From assembly GCA_045106235.1 (NCBI GenBank), contig JBGCEJ010000023.1, positions 129,052-193,051 on the forward strand: a stretch of 64,000 nucleotides of DNA, given 5' to 3'. The notes beneath the pieces are model-generated. The model worked only from the letters and a program-made list of their open reading frames with translations, searched no databases and had not been told where the DNA came from. This stretch comes from Myxococcota bacterium (GTDB taxonomy: Bacteria; Myxococcota_A; UBA9160; UBA4427). A program made the position numbers and the translations under genes. Every line of letters starts with the position of its first letter. Position 1 is the first letter of the stretch. Below are positions 54,964-64,000 of the stretch, in pieces.

Positions 54964-55419
54964 TTAGAGCGTGATGAGTCGCTTCAGGTGGCGCTCGTTT
55001 CCGACGCCAAAGCGCGCGCGGAGTTCGAGTTCGCGGTCGAGCTCGGATAGACGTCCCTGACCCGCGGCGACATGACTTGCGGCTTGCCGGATGGCTGAAC
55101 TTGACTGGGTTGCCTTCTGGAACTGCGCAACATTGCCAGCGATTGATCCCACATCGCCTTGAGGACGATTTCGATTTCGCTTCGCGGAATCAAAGCGCGC
55201 CTGGTTCTGATCGACCTCGGATGAGTAGGCAGATCGCAAGGCCTCGAGGTCTTCTGAGGCATAGGATGCGAAGGGACGTGGTCCCGCGGTCTGCTCGGCG
55301 GTCCAGTTCCGGTGATAGTTCCAAGCGCCCGCGCCGGAGAGGAGCACTAAGAGGCAAAGAATGCTGCCGAGGGCAGCTCCGGTTTCCCGGCGGCGGGGGG
55401 CGAATCGTTCTGTCGGCAT
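54964..55419 (-). CDS. Membrane-anchored hypothetical protein
   Basis: 151 aa with a single N-terminal TM (AALGSILCLLVLLSGAGAW) followed by a polar helical region. Confidence 0.4.
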   Translation of the reverse strand: MPTERFAPRRRETGAALGSILCLLVLLSGAGAWNYHRNWTAEQTAGPRPFASYASEDLEALRSAYSSEVDQNQARFDSAKRNRNRPQGDVGSIAGNVAQFQKATQSSSAIRQAASHVAAGQGRLSELDRELELRARFGVGNERHLKRLITL

Positions 55420-55581
55420 CAGCGTTCCTCCGGACGCCCAGGTTCAGGCGTCGTTCCGAGGCAGATCGGCCGAAACGCTCCAGGACTCAAGGCGCTGCCG
55501 CGCCGGTCGCTGAAAACGAGCCGACTTCATGCAGGCGCCTCGCGAGCGACGCGCAGAGGAACGGCAGGCCCGGCGCAGAAC

Positions 55582-57831
55582 CTAGTAGAGCAGCCGGTAG
55601 GCTTGGAGGCTGCGCATCACGCGCTTCACGTAGCTCCGCGTTTGCGAATACGGGATCGACTCGACCCATTCATCATCGGGGCGCGCGTCCTTGTCGACCC
55701 AGTTCTCAACCACGTGCGGACCGGCGTTGTAGCTCGCGATAGAAGCGGAGAGTTTCGTGGGGAATTGCCGTGACAGCTCGCCGAGGTAAAAGGACCCGAG
55801 TTCGATATTGGTGCGCGGGTCGAAGAGATCGTCGGGGTCGAAGCCGCCGCGACCACTGCGATCTGCGAGGGCCTTCCCCGTCTCGCGCATGATCTGAAGG
55901 AGCCCCCGTGCGCCGACCGGTGAAATCACCTTGGGCCGATAGCCGCTTTCCTCGCGCATGATCGAGTAGACCAACTCGGGATCCACGCTGCCCTCTTCGC
56001 CCGTCGCTGAATCCACAAAGCCTTGATAGGCCGAGGGCCACGCGTACCACCAGACTTCTTCGAGGCCACTGACGGGGCCCTTGGCGAGGGGTGTCGTGTA
56101 CGCATTCACGACGACCTTCTGCGCACGGTTATAGTCGCCGGCTGAGGTGAGAAGTCGCGCGAGCTCGATGCGATCATCCAGGCCCTTGGCGCGGCGAGTC
56201 AGGCGCCCTGTTTCGCTGGCCCCGTCCTCCACGAGGCCGGCCTCCATCAGGATACGGACGCGGGCAAGATCGTTCGGCTGAAGGCCCTGCTTACCCTTCG
56301 GAAAAGCATCGGCGACGCGTGCGGACGGCGCAGCGAGCGGCACGTTTTCTTCGTTCCGCCGGGCACGGGCGCGCCAGCCGTAATAGGAGAGCGGGTATTG
56401 TTCTGCGAGCGAGCGGTAGAGCGTCTCCGCTTCGGTGGTTCGTTCCGCGGCTTCGAGCGAACGCGCGCGCCAATACATCGGGCGCAGTCGATCGATCTGG
56501 CTCGTCGTAATCTCGGCGAGCTTTTCGAAGCGGTCGGCGGCGGCCACATAACGCCCCTGTCGATACTCACTCCAACCCAGGTTCCAGAGCGCTGTCCGCG
56601 CCATGCCACCCTTCATCGGATCATTGGCGAGGACATTGAAATGGACGCGCGCCTCGTCGATGCGGTCGCGCCCGTCGAGCAGCAGCGCGGCCAGATAATG
56701 GGCGCGAATCGAATGAGGTCCCTTCTTCTTCGCGATCTTCTGCAGCGATGCAATGGCTTCGGGGACGCGGTCGGCACGGGCTTTCGAACGCGCCACCCAG
56801 ATCGGGTTATCACCCGTCTTGGGTAGGCTCTCGAAGGCCTCGACCGCGAGCGGATAGCGGCGGAGTCGGAACAGGGTCTGGGCGCGCTGCTTCTGAGAGC
56901 GGCGCTTCTCGGAGGGCGAGAGTCCCATGGCCAGGGCCTTATCGTAGGCCTCAAGCGCTTCGTCGTTCATGCGCAGCCGGAACAAGCGGTCTCCGCGGCG
57001 CCGCCAATCGGCCGCGCGTCGGAGCGTCTTGCCGAGATGCGCTTCGATCACATCGAGGCGATGGCTGGCTTGCTCGGCCTCTTCCTTGTTCGGATGGGAG
57101 TACCAGAGCAGTCGCCAGGTCACGCCCGCCGCCAGATCCTCACCCGAGCGCTCTTCGCTGCGAGCGACCTTGCGCAGAAGTGCGGCGCGCTGATCATCTT
57201 CGTTGGTTTCGGATAGCGCGGCGGCCCATGCCTCTCGGGCACCGGTTTCATCGCGTTCCGCAATGCGTGCTTCGCCAATCAGCGCATGCAATTCCGAGCG
57301 CAGCGGCGACTCCCGATACGTGGCCAGGGTCTGGGCTGCGATTTGTTCCGCTTCCGCGGCCCGTCCCTTTGAAAACTGCAGACGAGCGCGCCGTAGGCCC
57401 GCATGGTCGCCCACGATGGGATGTCGCTTCGCCAGCTGGCCGTAAATCCAGTCCGCATGGGCATCGTCGTCCTGAGCGATGGATTCTTCCGCCGCGCGGA
57501 ACAGCGCTGCGGGATCATCGAAGAGCGCTTCGCTCTGGGCTCGCAGAATTCGGTCCGCCGGGGGCATCGGCATTTCGCCGACCAGGCCGGGTGTTGTCCG
57601 GCCGGTCGCCTGGCTGCGAATCGGCTTCAGTGTTTTGGGCTTGCTCGTGGTTGTTTGAGTCGGAGCGGTCGCGGGGCCGGGGCCGGGGGCGGATGCGGGG
57701 GCAACCGCGGCGGGCGCGCTGGTCGCGGGCTCCGAGACGGCGGCCGCGGACGAGACGAGTCCCGTGGCGAGCAACCCGGTCAGGCCGGTCAGCATGAAGG
57801 AATTCTGTCGGCTGCGCTTCAACAAGTGCAT
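55582..57831 (-). CDS. slt: Soluble lytic murein transglycosylase (Slt70-like, TPR/superhelical N-domain plus SLT domain)
   Basis: The C-terminal SLT motif is VYSIMREESGYRPKVISPVGARGLLQIM..YNAGP. Start trimmed to MHLLKRS.. (ATG at 57831), upstream of the hydrophobic signal segment. Confidence 0.85.
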   Translation of the reverse strand: MHLLKRSRQNSFMLTGLTGLLATGLVSSAAAVSEPATSAPAAVAPASAPGPGPATAPTQTTTSKPKTLKPIRSQATGRTTPGLVGEMPMPPADRILRAQSEALFDDPAALFRAAEESIAQDDDAHADWIYGQLAKRHPIVGDHAGLRRARLQFSKGRAAEAEQIAAQTLATYRESPLRSELHALIGEARIAERDETGAREAWAAALSETNEDDQRAALLRKVARSEERSGEDLAAGVTWRLLWYSHPNKEEAEQASHRLDVIEAHLGKTLRRAADWRRRGDRLFRLRMNDEALEAYDKALAMGLSPSEKRRSQKQRAQTLFRLRRYPLAVEAFESLPKTGDNPIWVARSKARADRVPEAIASLQKIAKKKGPHSIRAHYLAALLLDGRDRIDEARVHFNVLANDPMKGGMARTALWNLGWSEYRQGRYVAAADRFEKLAEITTSQIDRLRPMYWRARSLEAAERTTEAETLYRSLAEQYPLSYYGWRARARRNEENVPLAAPSARVADAFPKGKQGLQPNDLARVRILMEAGLVEDGASETGRLTRRAKGLDDRIELARLLTSAGDYNRAQKVVVNAYTTPLAKGPVSGLEEVWWYAWPSAYQGFVDSATGEEGSVDPELVYSIMREESGYRPKVISPVGARGLLQIMRETGKALADRSGRGGFDPDDLFDPRTNIELGSFYLGELSRQFPTKLSASIASYNAGPHVVENWVDKDARPDDEWVESIPYSQTRSYVKRVMRSLQAYRLLY

Positions 57832-58027
57832 TCTCGATTCAGAGGACTCGCGCAAAGTCTCGCGTCGATCCCCGTCGGCTGTCAATTGGACCGAAACCAC
57901 CCGTTTCTTGCGCTGGGCTGGTCTCGGTCCAGCGGTCGAAAGAGTGATTTCATGGGCCCGCCTCCGTCGCCCGATTCGTCTCAGGTGAGTGCCATCCATT
58001 GAGGCAAAGGGCACGCGCAGTTAATGT

Positions 58028-59440
58028 GTGGCGACTTTGACTCCCTTCTCGCCTAAAAATCATTCTTGGCCGCGTGCTGCGGACTTCAGTCGCCTCTTTG
58101 CGACCCTTCTGCCGCTGCTTTTGTTCGCGTATTTCCTCCTTGGGAGCGCGGGCTGCGCCCGGGATACGCGTCCTGAGGCGCCGGACTCTGTGACGGGTCT
58201 CACTTCCGGACTCGGAGCCGATGCGACGGCGGAGTCAGTGGCCGCGGATGAAAGCGCTGCGGATGGGCCGGCCGAATTCGCGCGCGGCCTTTGGGTGCTT
58301 GCGGAGGGCAGCGAGCGGGTGCTCGCCGACGCCACTCGGGTGAGCCCCCTGCTCGACCGTGCTGAGCGGCTCGGTGCAACCGATCTCTTCGTCCAGGTCT
58401 ACCGGGGTGGGCGCGCCTTCTATCCGGCGGGTCCCGGGATTGAACGTGCGGTCGAAGCCGAGGCGGACGTGCTCGCCGACCTGATTGCACGCGCGCAGGC
58501 CAAGGGGCTTCGAGTTCATGCTTGGGTCAACGTGCTTTCGCTTTCGACGCGCAAGGACGCGGCGATGATTCGGGATCTGGGCCGTGACGCGATTCTCGTC
58601 GATCGCCAGGGCCGATCGATCCTCGACTATCCCGACTTCGAACTCCCCCAGCCGGACCGCCGCTACTACCGAATGGGGACGCGCGGCATCTACCTCGATC
58701 CCGCGCATCCCGCCGTGCGTGAGCGGATCGTGATGACCTACCTCGACCTGATCACGCGCTACCCCGAACTCGACGGCCTTCATCTGGATTACATCCGGCA
58801 CCCGGGCGTGCTGCCTTTTAGTCCGGGGTCGCGCTTCGGCGTCGGTCTTGAGTTTGGATACGGTGCGCCGAGTCGAGCGCGCTATCGCGCGGAGACGGGA
58901 CGGCCCGATCCCATCGAAGGGGCAAAGCCCGGCGTTGTCCGAGGGGCATCGGCTTGGGATGATTGGCGCCGGCATCAGGTGACCACGCTGGTCGAGGAAA
59001 TCGCCTCGGTCACGCGTACGGCGCGCCCTGGCCTCGTCGTCTCTGCGGCGGTCATCGCGTATATGGACCGCGCCTATCTTTCGCTTGCGCAGGACTGGAA
59101 GGGATGGCTTGAAGCGGGTTCGATCGATCTGGCGATTCCGATGGTGTACACGCTCGATGACCGCCTGCTTCGCTACCAGCTCGAGAACTATGCGGGGTGG
59201 CCGGACGCGAAACGGATTTGGCCGGGCGTAGGCGTGTGGCTCTTTGATGACACGCCACAGCGTGCGGTGGGGCAGCTCGAGATTCTTCGCCGCAACGGTT
59301 TCTCGGGGGAAGTGCTCTTCTCCGACGATGCCATTGCGAAGGCGTCGATTCTGGAAGCGGCCTTGGCAGAGCTGCCGCCGAGCGCAGCGCGAGCTGAGCG
59401 CTCACAAGGCCAGGCTTTGGGGTACGAGGCGCGGGAATGA
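58028..59440 (+). CDS. Glycoside-hydrolase-like family 10 (DUF187/YngK/YddW-type) lipoprotein
   Basis: Lipobox-like LLGSAGC. RGLWV.., DLFVQVYRGGRAFYP, HAWVNV and LHLDYIRHPG resemble the GHL10/UPF0748 family. GTG start. Confidence 0.6.
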   Translation: MATLTPFSPKNHSWPRAADFSRLFATLLPLLLFAYFLLGSAGCARDTRPEAPDSVTGLTSGLGADATAESVAADESAADGPAEFARGLWVLAEGSERVLADATRVSPLLDRAERLGATDLFVQVYRGGRAFYPAGPGIERAVEAEADVLADLIARAQAKGLRVHAWVNVLSLSTRKDAAMIRDLGRDAILVDRQGRSILDYPDFELPQPDRRYYRMGTRGIYLDPAHPAVRERIVMTYLDLITRYPELDGLHLDYIRHPGVLPFSPGSRFGVGLEFGYGAPSRARYRAETGRPDPIEGAKPGVVRGASAWDDWRRHQVTTLVEEIASVTRTARPGLVVSAAVIAYMDRAYLSLAQDWKGWLEAGSIDLAIPMVYTLDDRLLRYQLENYAGWPDAKRIWPGVGVWLFDDTPQRAVGQLEILRRNGFSGEVLFSDDAIAKASILEAALAELPPSAARAERSQGQALGYEARE

Positions 59441-60543
59441 GTGCGTCCGCTTCTTCGGAGGATGGCCTAGAGCTGCTGGACGACTACGATTTCGAGCTGC
59501 CCGAATCGAGGATTGCCCAGGCGCCCGCGGCCGATCGCGAGGCTTCGCGCTTATTGGTCCTTTCGCGGGAGACCGGAGCGGTCGTCGAGCCCGATGCCGA
59601 TCACGTGGTGGCGGACCTGCCCCGCTGGCTTCGCGCCGGAGATCTCCTGGTCGTGAATGCGACGCGGGTTCTTCCTGCGCGACTCGTCGGGCGGAAAGCC
59701 AGTGGCGGCGCCGCGGAGGCGCTCTTGCTCGGGCCTGAAGCGGAGGATCCCGGCGCCTACCGGGCGCTGGTGAAATGTACGGGGAAGCTCCGGGTCGGCT
59801 TGGTGTTCCGTTTTTCGACCGCGGAGGCGACGGTTGAGTCGCTGCATGAACGCGGTGAAGTGATCTTGCGATTCGCGCCGGAGGTGGATCCCTATTCGGT
59901 CGGTGTCGCTCCCCTGCCCCCGTATATCCGCCGCGACGGAGAGGTGGGGAGCGAGGATGATCTCGACCGCTATCAGACGGTGTATGCGCGGGAGCCGGGG
60001 GCGGTCGCAGCCCCGACGGCGGGTCTGCATTTTACCGAAGCGTTATTCGAGCGGCTGAGCGCGCAGGGCGTTGAAAAGGCCGAGGTGGTTCTGCACGTCG
60101 GGGCCGGCACCTTTCGACCTTTGGATGCGGATGCCCTGGCGACGCAGACTTTGCATCACGAGACCTATGAACTGCCCGAAGAGACGGTGGCCGCCATTGA
60201 ACGGACTCGGGCGCGTGGGGGGCGGGTCATTGCGGTCGGGACGACTTCGACCCGGGTACTGGAGAGCTGCGTTGATGACGAGGGCGTGCTCCGTGCCGGT
60301 CGAGGCGAGACGAACTTGTTCTTGCTGCCAGGGGGGCGCCCAATTCAGGTCGTCGACGCCTTGCTCACGAATTTTCACCTACCCCGCTCTTCGCTGCTTT
60401 TGTTAGTGGCGGCATTTATGGGCCGGGAGCCGATGCTTTCGGCCTACCGCCATGCGATTGAGCGCGGGTTTCGATTTTTTTCGTACGGGGATGCGATGTT
60501 GATTTTGCCGGACCGGGTTGAAGAGGCGACCGATGCGCGCTGA
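59437..60543 (+). CDS. queA: S-adenosylmethionine:tRNA ribosyltransferase-isomerase QueA
   Basis: DYDFELPESRIAQAP..R..SRLLV, VAAPTAGLHFT, VGTTSTRVLES, TNFHLPRSSLLLLV and FFSYGDAMLI. Confidence 0.9.
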   Translation: MSASASSEDGLELLDDYDFELPESRIAQAPAADREASRLLVLSRETGAVVEPDADHVVADLPRWLRAGDLLVVNATRVLPARLVGRKASGGAAEALLLGPEAEDPGAYRALVKCTGKLRVGLVFRFSTAEATVESLHERGEVILRFAPEVDPYSVGVAPLPPYIRRDGEVGSEDDLDRYQTVYAREPGAVAAPTAGLHFTEALFERLSAQGVEKAEVVLHVGAGTFRPLDADALATQTLHHETYELPEETVAAIERTRARGGRVIAVGTTSTRVLESCVDDEGVLRAGRGETNLFLLPGGRPIQVVDALLTNFHLPRSSLLLLVAAFMGREPMLSAYRHAIERGFRFFSYGDAMLILPDRVEEATDAR

Positions 60544-61699
60544 GGGATTTGAGCTTGAAGTCGTGGCACAAGACGGTCTTGCGCGAGCCTCACTTTTTAC
60601 GACACCGCATGGGGTGATCGAGACACCGACCTTTATGCCGGTTGCGACGTTCGGCGCCGTTCGAGGGATCAGTGCGGCTGAACTCGCAGAGGCGGGCGCG
60701 CAGATCCTGCTCTCGAACACGTATCACCTGCATGAACGACCTGGCGAGGAAACGATTGAGTCGTTAGGCGGACTCCACGGTTTTACCGGCTGGCAAGGTC
60801 CCTGGCTCACGGATAGCGGAGGCTTTCAGGTCACCTCTCTTTCGGATCGAGCGAAAATCGATGAACAGGGTGTGACTTTCACGTCGGCGCTGGACGGACG
60901 GCGGCGGGAGCTGACGCCCGAGTCGGCGATTGCGATCCAGGAGTCGCTGGGCTCCGATATCGCGATGGTGCTGGATGAGTGTCTGCCGATTGCGAGCGAC
61001 GATGAGGGGAATCGCAGCAAGGGCGGCGATTCCGGCGCGCGGACGGATGACCGCGAGATGAAGCGCGCGATGCAGCGCACCCTGCGCTGGGCTCGGAGAT
61101 CTCAGGAAGCACGCACGCGGCGGGATCAAGCCGTCTTCGCGATTGTGCAAGGGGGCGCTTCTGAAGCGCTGCGTCGCGAGAGTGCGGAAGCCACGGCGGC
61201 GCTCGAATTCGACGGCTATGCCCACGGCGGTCTTGGGCTCGGCGAGTCTCGGGAGGAGCGGCGCGGGGCGGTCTCAATCGCGAATGGCGTCCTGCCGGAG
61301 GGCCAACCTCGCTATTTGATGGGGCTTGGGCGACCGATTGACCTCCTCGACGGCGTTGCAGCGGGGGTGGACCTCTTCGATTGTGTGGTTCCGACCCGAA
61401 ATGGACGCCACGGGCTGCTTTTTACGTCTCAGGGGGTCCTGGGGCTGCGGAACGCCCGTTGGGCGCGTAGCGACGACCCTGTGGACCCTGAATGCGCTTG
61501 TCCGGCGTGTCGCAATCATAGTCGCGGGTATCTGCGGCACCTGATCAAGAGTGGAGAAGCACTTGGGGCCCGCTTCGCCGCGCTTCATAACCTCACGTAC
61601 TACATGAAGCTTTTAGCTGAGGCGCGCATCGCGATTCAGGAAAACCGGTTCAACCAGCTGCATGCGCGTGTTGAGGCGATCGCCGAGGAGCGGCTGTAG
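60533..61699 (+). CDS. tgt: Queuine tRNA-ribosyltransferase Tgt
   Basis: TPHGVIETPTFMPVAT, LLSNTYHL, LTDSGGFQV, PRYLMGLGRP and DLFDCVVPTRNGR. The zinc site is CACPAC..H. Start taken at the ATG at 60533 (the ORF track begins at the TTG at 60518). Confidence 0.9.
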   Translation: MRAEGFELEVVAQDGLARASLFTTPHGVIETPTFMPVATFGAVRGISAAELAEAGAQILLSNTYHLHERPGEETIESLGGLHGFTGWQGPWLTDSGGFQVTSLSDRAKIDEQGVTFTSALDGRRRELTPESAIAIQESLGSDIAMVLDECLPIASDDEGNRSKGGDSGARTDDREMKRAMQRTLRWARRSQEARTRRDQAVFAIVQGGASEALRRESAEATAALEFDGYAHGGLGLGESREERRGAVSIANGVLPEGQPRYLMGLGRPIDLLDGVAAGVDLFDCVVPTRNGRHGLLFTSQGVLGLRNARWARSDDPVDPECACPACRNHSRGYLRHLIKSGEALGARFAALHNLTYYMKLLAEARIAIQENRFNQLHARVEAIAEERL

Positions 61700-61768
61700 A
61701 AGGTCTGCGGTGCTCGGGGCCTGCATTCGCTACTCAAGCGACCTGCGCATCACTCCGATGTTTCCCTG

Positions 61769-63460
61769 ATGGGAAATCAGGAAATCTCTCCAGCTGAACT
61801 CGGCGTGGTTGCTTCCGGGGCGGGTTCGATCCGGTCTGAGGCGCTCTTGGCGGTGCTTTGGACCGGTCTTGCGGGAGGGCTGCCCCTGCTGGTCGCCACC
61901 GCAGGTGGAGGCTTGGCCCTCGCCGCCCTGACCTGGCTCGGAGCCACCGGCTGGGCCTTCTGGGGTGCGCGGAATCGGGCGGAGCGCCGGGATGAGGCAC
62001 TGCGGCAGGTGAGTCGCGCGCTTGAGGAGATGGACGATACGCCCGTTCGGCTTTCGGGTGTGGATCAAGAGGTCGACACCTTTTTGCGACGCTGGAACGC
62101 TCTGGCTCGAAAGGTCTTTACGACGCGCCAAGCGGTGGTGGAATGGACCGAATGGTCGGCGCAGCTGCCCGAGGCGTCGAAGAGCGCCTTTGGAGAAGTG
62201 GAGCGCGGAGGCGAGAAGCAGGAGGAGGCGCTTGAAGAAGCGGCCTCCCTCGTCGCCAATATGCGGCAGTCGGTTGTCGTGATTGAGGAGAGTACGGAGC
62301 TTCTTCGGGAGGCCTCGGACGAGGCGACCTCCTCTGTGCATGAGATGAGCGCGTCGATCGATGAGATCGCGGGCAATACATCTAGCCTCCACGATGTGGT
62401 CGACGCCTCGACGACGGCGGTGAATCAGATGGGAACATCGATTCGTCAGGTGGCCAGCGGCGCAGAGCATGTGCTTGAAATGGCGGAGTCGACCGCGAGT
62501 GCCGTCGAGGAGATGGACCGCAGCGTTCAGGAGGTCTCGACGAATGCGGTTGAAGCCGCTTCGGCGACGGAGGAAGCGCATGCGGGCGCCGAGTTAGGCG
62601 CGGACGCAGTTCAGGCGACGATCGACGATATCGAGCGTATTTCCGCTTTGACGATCGAAGCGAAGGCGCGGCTGGGAGGCCTTGTCTCCGGCATTTCTCG
62701 AATCGGCAACGTCCTGGCCGCGATCAACGAGATCAACGATGAGACGAACCTCCTCTCTCTGAATGCGGCCATCATCGCCGCTCAGGCGGGCGAGCAAGGC
62801 AAGGCGTTTCGCGTCGTGGCCAATCACGTGAAGACCCTCGCCCGCCGGACCTCGGCGTCGACGGACGATATCGAGACGCTGATCCAGGATATTGAAGCAG
62901 AGTCGGGTGAGGCCGTGCGCGCAATGGAGGCGGGGATCAATGCGGTCGCGGCCAGCGTCGATCGTTCCCGCGACGCGGGGAATGCGCTGGGCTCGATCCG
63001 GGAATCCTGCAGGAACGCCAGCGAGCGGGTCACCGAAATCGCGCGGGCCACCGAGGAGCAGTCCCGGAATTCGAAGGGCGTTGCGGAAGCGACCCAGCAG
63101 ACGACGATGGAAATTCAGCAGATCAGCCAGGCGATCCTGGAGCAGCGCCGCGCAAGCGAGTCTCTCTTGTCGAGTGCTGAGAGCGCCCTCGAGCGCTGCC
63201 AACTGGTCCACCGGTCGACGGAGGAGCAGCGCCAGAGCAGCCGCCATATCACCGCAGCCATGTCCGAAATCGCGAATATGATTCGGACCATGGGAGAGCA
63301 AACGCGCTCACATGCGGTCGCCAGCGAGGCCGTGAGCGCATCTGTGATCTGTTTGCTCGACGAGGTCGAGGCGACAGGGACAAGTCTTCGGCCTTTGCGT
63401 GATCTGCTGCACACAATCGAGTCGCAGGCTCTCCCTTCTGAGATTTTGCGACGGGAATAA
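61769..63460 (+). CDS. Methyl-accepting chemotaxis protein (orphan)
   Basis: The signalling hairpin is INEINDETNLLSLNAAIIAAQAGEQGKAFRVVANHVKTLA. Two N-terminal hydrophobic segments are present with no obvious periplasmic domain. Confidence 0.85.
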   Translation: MGNQEISPAELGVVASGAGSIRSEALLAVLWTGLAGGLPLLVATAGGGLALAALTWLGATGWAFWGARNRAERRDEALRQVSRALEEMDDTPVRLSGVDQEVDTFLRRWNALARKVFTTRQAVVEWTEWSAQLPEASKSAFGEVERGGEKQEEALEEAASLVANMRQSVVVIEESTELLREASDEATSSVHEMSASIDEIAGNTSSLHDVVDASTTAVNQMGTSIRQVASGAEHVLEMAESTASAVEEMDRSVQEVSTNAVEAASATEEAHAGAELGADAVQATIDDIERISALTIEAKARLGGLVSGISRIGNVLAAINEINDETNLLSLNAAIIAAQAGEQGKAFRVVANHVKTLARRTSASTDDIETLIQDIEAESGEAVRAMEAGINAVAASVDRSRDAGNALGSIRESCRNASERVTEIARATEEQSRNSKGVAEATQQTTMEIQQISQAILEQRRASESLLSSAESALERCQLVHRSTEEQRQSSRHITAAMSEIANMIRTMGEQTRSHAVASEAVSASVICLLDEVEATGTSLRPLRDLLHTIESQALPSEILRRE

Positions 63461-63600
63461 CCCTCGCATTTGGCGGCGTGGGCTGAAGTCTTTTCCAAGA
63501 CGGGTTGAAGATCGTTCTCGGGCAAGCCGATGAGATTGATGTGTAGCGGCGGGGGACTGTGTCTCTGAACTGCCGATCAAACGCCTTCTTGGAGAAACGC

Positions 63601-64000
63601 ATGTTGATGAGATCTGACCTTCGCCTCCCGATTCGAGCCCTCTTGCTGGTCGTGCTGGCCGCCCTCCTTGGCAGTCTTGGCTGCGCCAACGGCGAATTTC
63701 GGCCGGGCGATCCCTTCGACCGAGAAGTGACGTTGAGTGAGGCACAGCATCAGTACACGATTTTCGTGCGCTGGTCGGAATTCCAGCGCGCCGGGACCTA
63801 TGTCGATCCCGATGACCGCGACGCTTTTCTGGAGCGAATGGATCAGCTCGAAGAGGCGCGCTTCACGGATTACGAGTCCGGCGAAGTTGAACTCGACGAA
63901 GAGCTCGAGACGGCCACCATCGAAGTGAAGTACATGGTCTACACGCCCTCCTCTCCCTACGAACTCGAAATCAGCGAAATCCAGGAATGGAGTCGCTCCG
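63601..64000 (+). CDS. Lipoprotein, hypothetical (partial, runs off right edge)
   Basis: My own translation from the ATG at 63601 gives MLMRSDLRLPIRALLLVVLAALLGSLGCANGEF.., a lipobox. The frame stays open to the window end and is acidic downstream. Confidence 0.55.
   Translation, partial: MLMRSDLRLPIRALLLVVLAALLGSLGCANGEFRPGDPFDREVTLSEAQHQYTIFVRWSEFQRAGTYVDPDDRDAFLERMDQLEEARFTDYESGEVELDEELETATIEVKYMVYTPSSPYELEISEIQEWSRS

Overview
GC-rich bacterial chromosomal segment with about 60 protein-coding genes. I recognised no rRNA, tRNA, CRISPR array, transposase or integrase. DUF4388/PATAN, FYDLN_acid and sigma-54-EBP-like genes weakly suggest a Myxococcota/deltaproteobacteria-like lineage. All family names come from reading the translations and from memory of family motifs; no searches were run.

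Layout:
- 1-27 kb: mixed accessory metabolism. It holds a meaB tail, VOC, DnaJ-DUF1232, an EamA transporter, a CYP153-type P450, yqeC, two SDRs and a TetR. It also holds a PKD lipoprotein, a CFA-synthase-like methyltransferase, DUF427, a nucleoside hydrolase, an F420/LLM oxidoreductase, amidohydrolases, BKACE and a CPBP protease.
- 27-35.6 kb: envelope/polysaccharide-flavoured block. A carbamoyltransferase-SxtJ-DUF5989 cassette sits next to a minus-strand run of degenerate sigma-54-EBP, nitrilase-family, FHA, Wza-like exporter and ExeA ATPase genes.
- 35.8-41.4 kb: housekeeping genes mutL-miaA-der-yfgM-like.
- 41.4-42.4 kb: a 1,067-nt repeat-rich spacer with no credible ORF and visibly lower GC. 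It lies between convergent genes and contains a 28-nt dif-like (XerC/D) site.
- 42.4-51.8 kb: an eight-gene minus-strand chemosensory operon.
- 52-64 kb: TetR, an H1-like/FYDLN_acid fusion, Slt, a GH10-like lipoprotein, queA-tgt, an orphan MCP and a partial lipoprotein.

Best candidate for an undescribed system: the chemosensory operon. It encodes a REC-DUF4388 regulator, CheY, CheW, an MCP with no periplasmic domain, a CheA with two Hpt domains plus REC, and a tandem CheW-like protein. An Amt ammonium channel is embedded in it, tightly coupled to an unknown 213-aa protein where glnK would normally sit. No CheR or CheB is present in the window. This suggests an Amt-coupled, transceptor-type signalling pathway.
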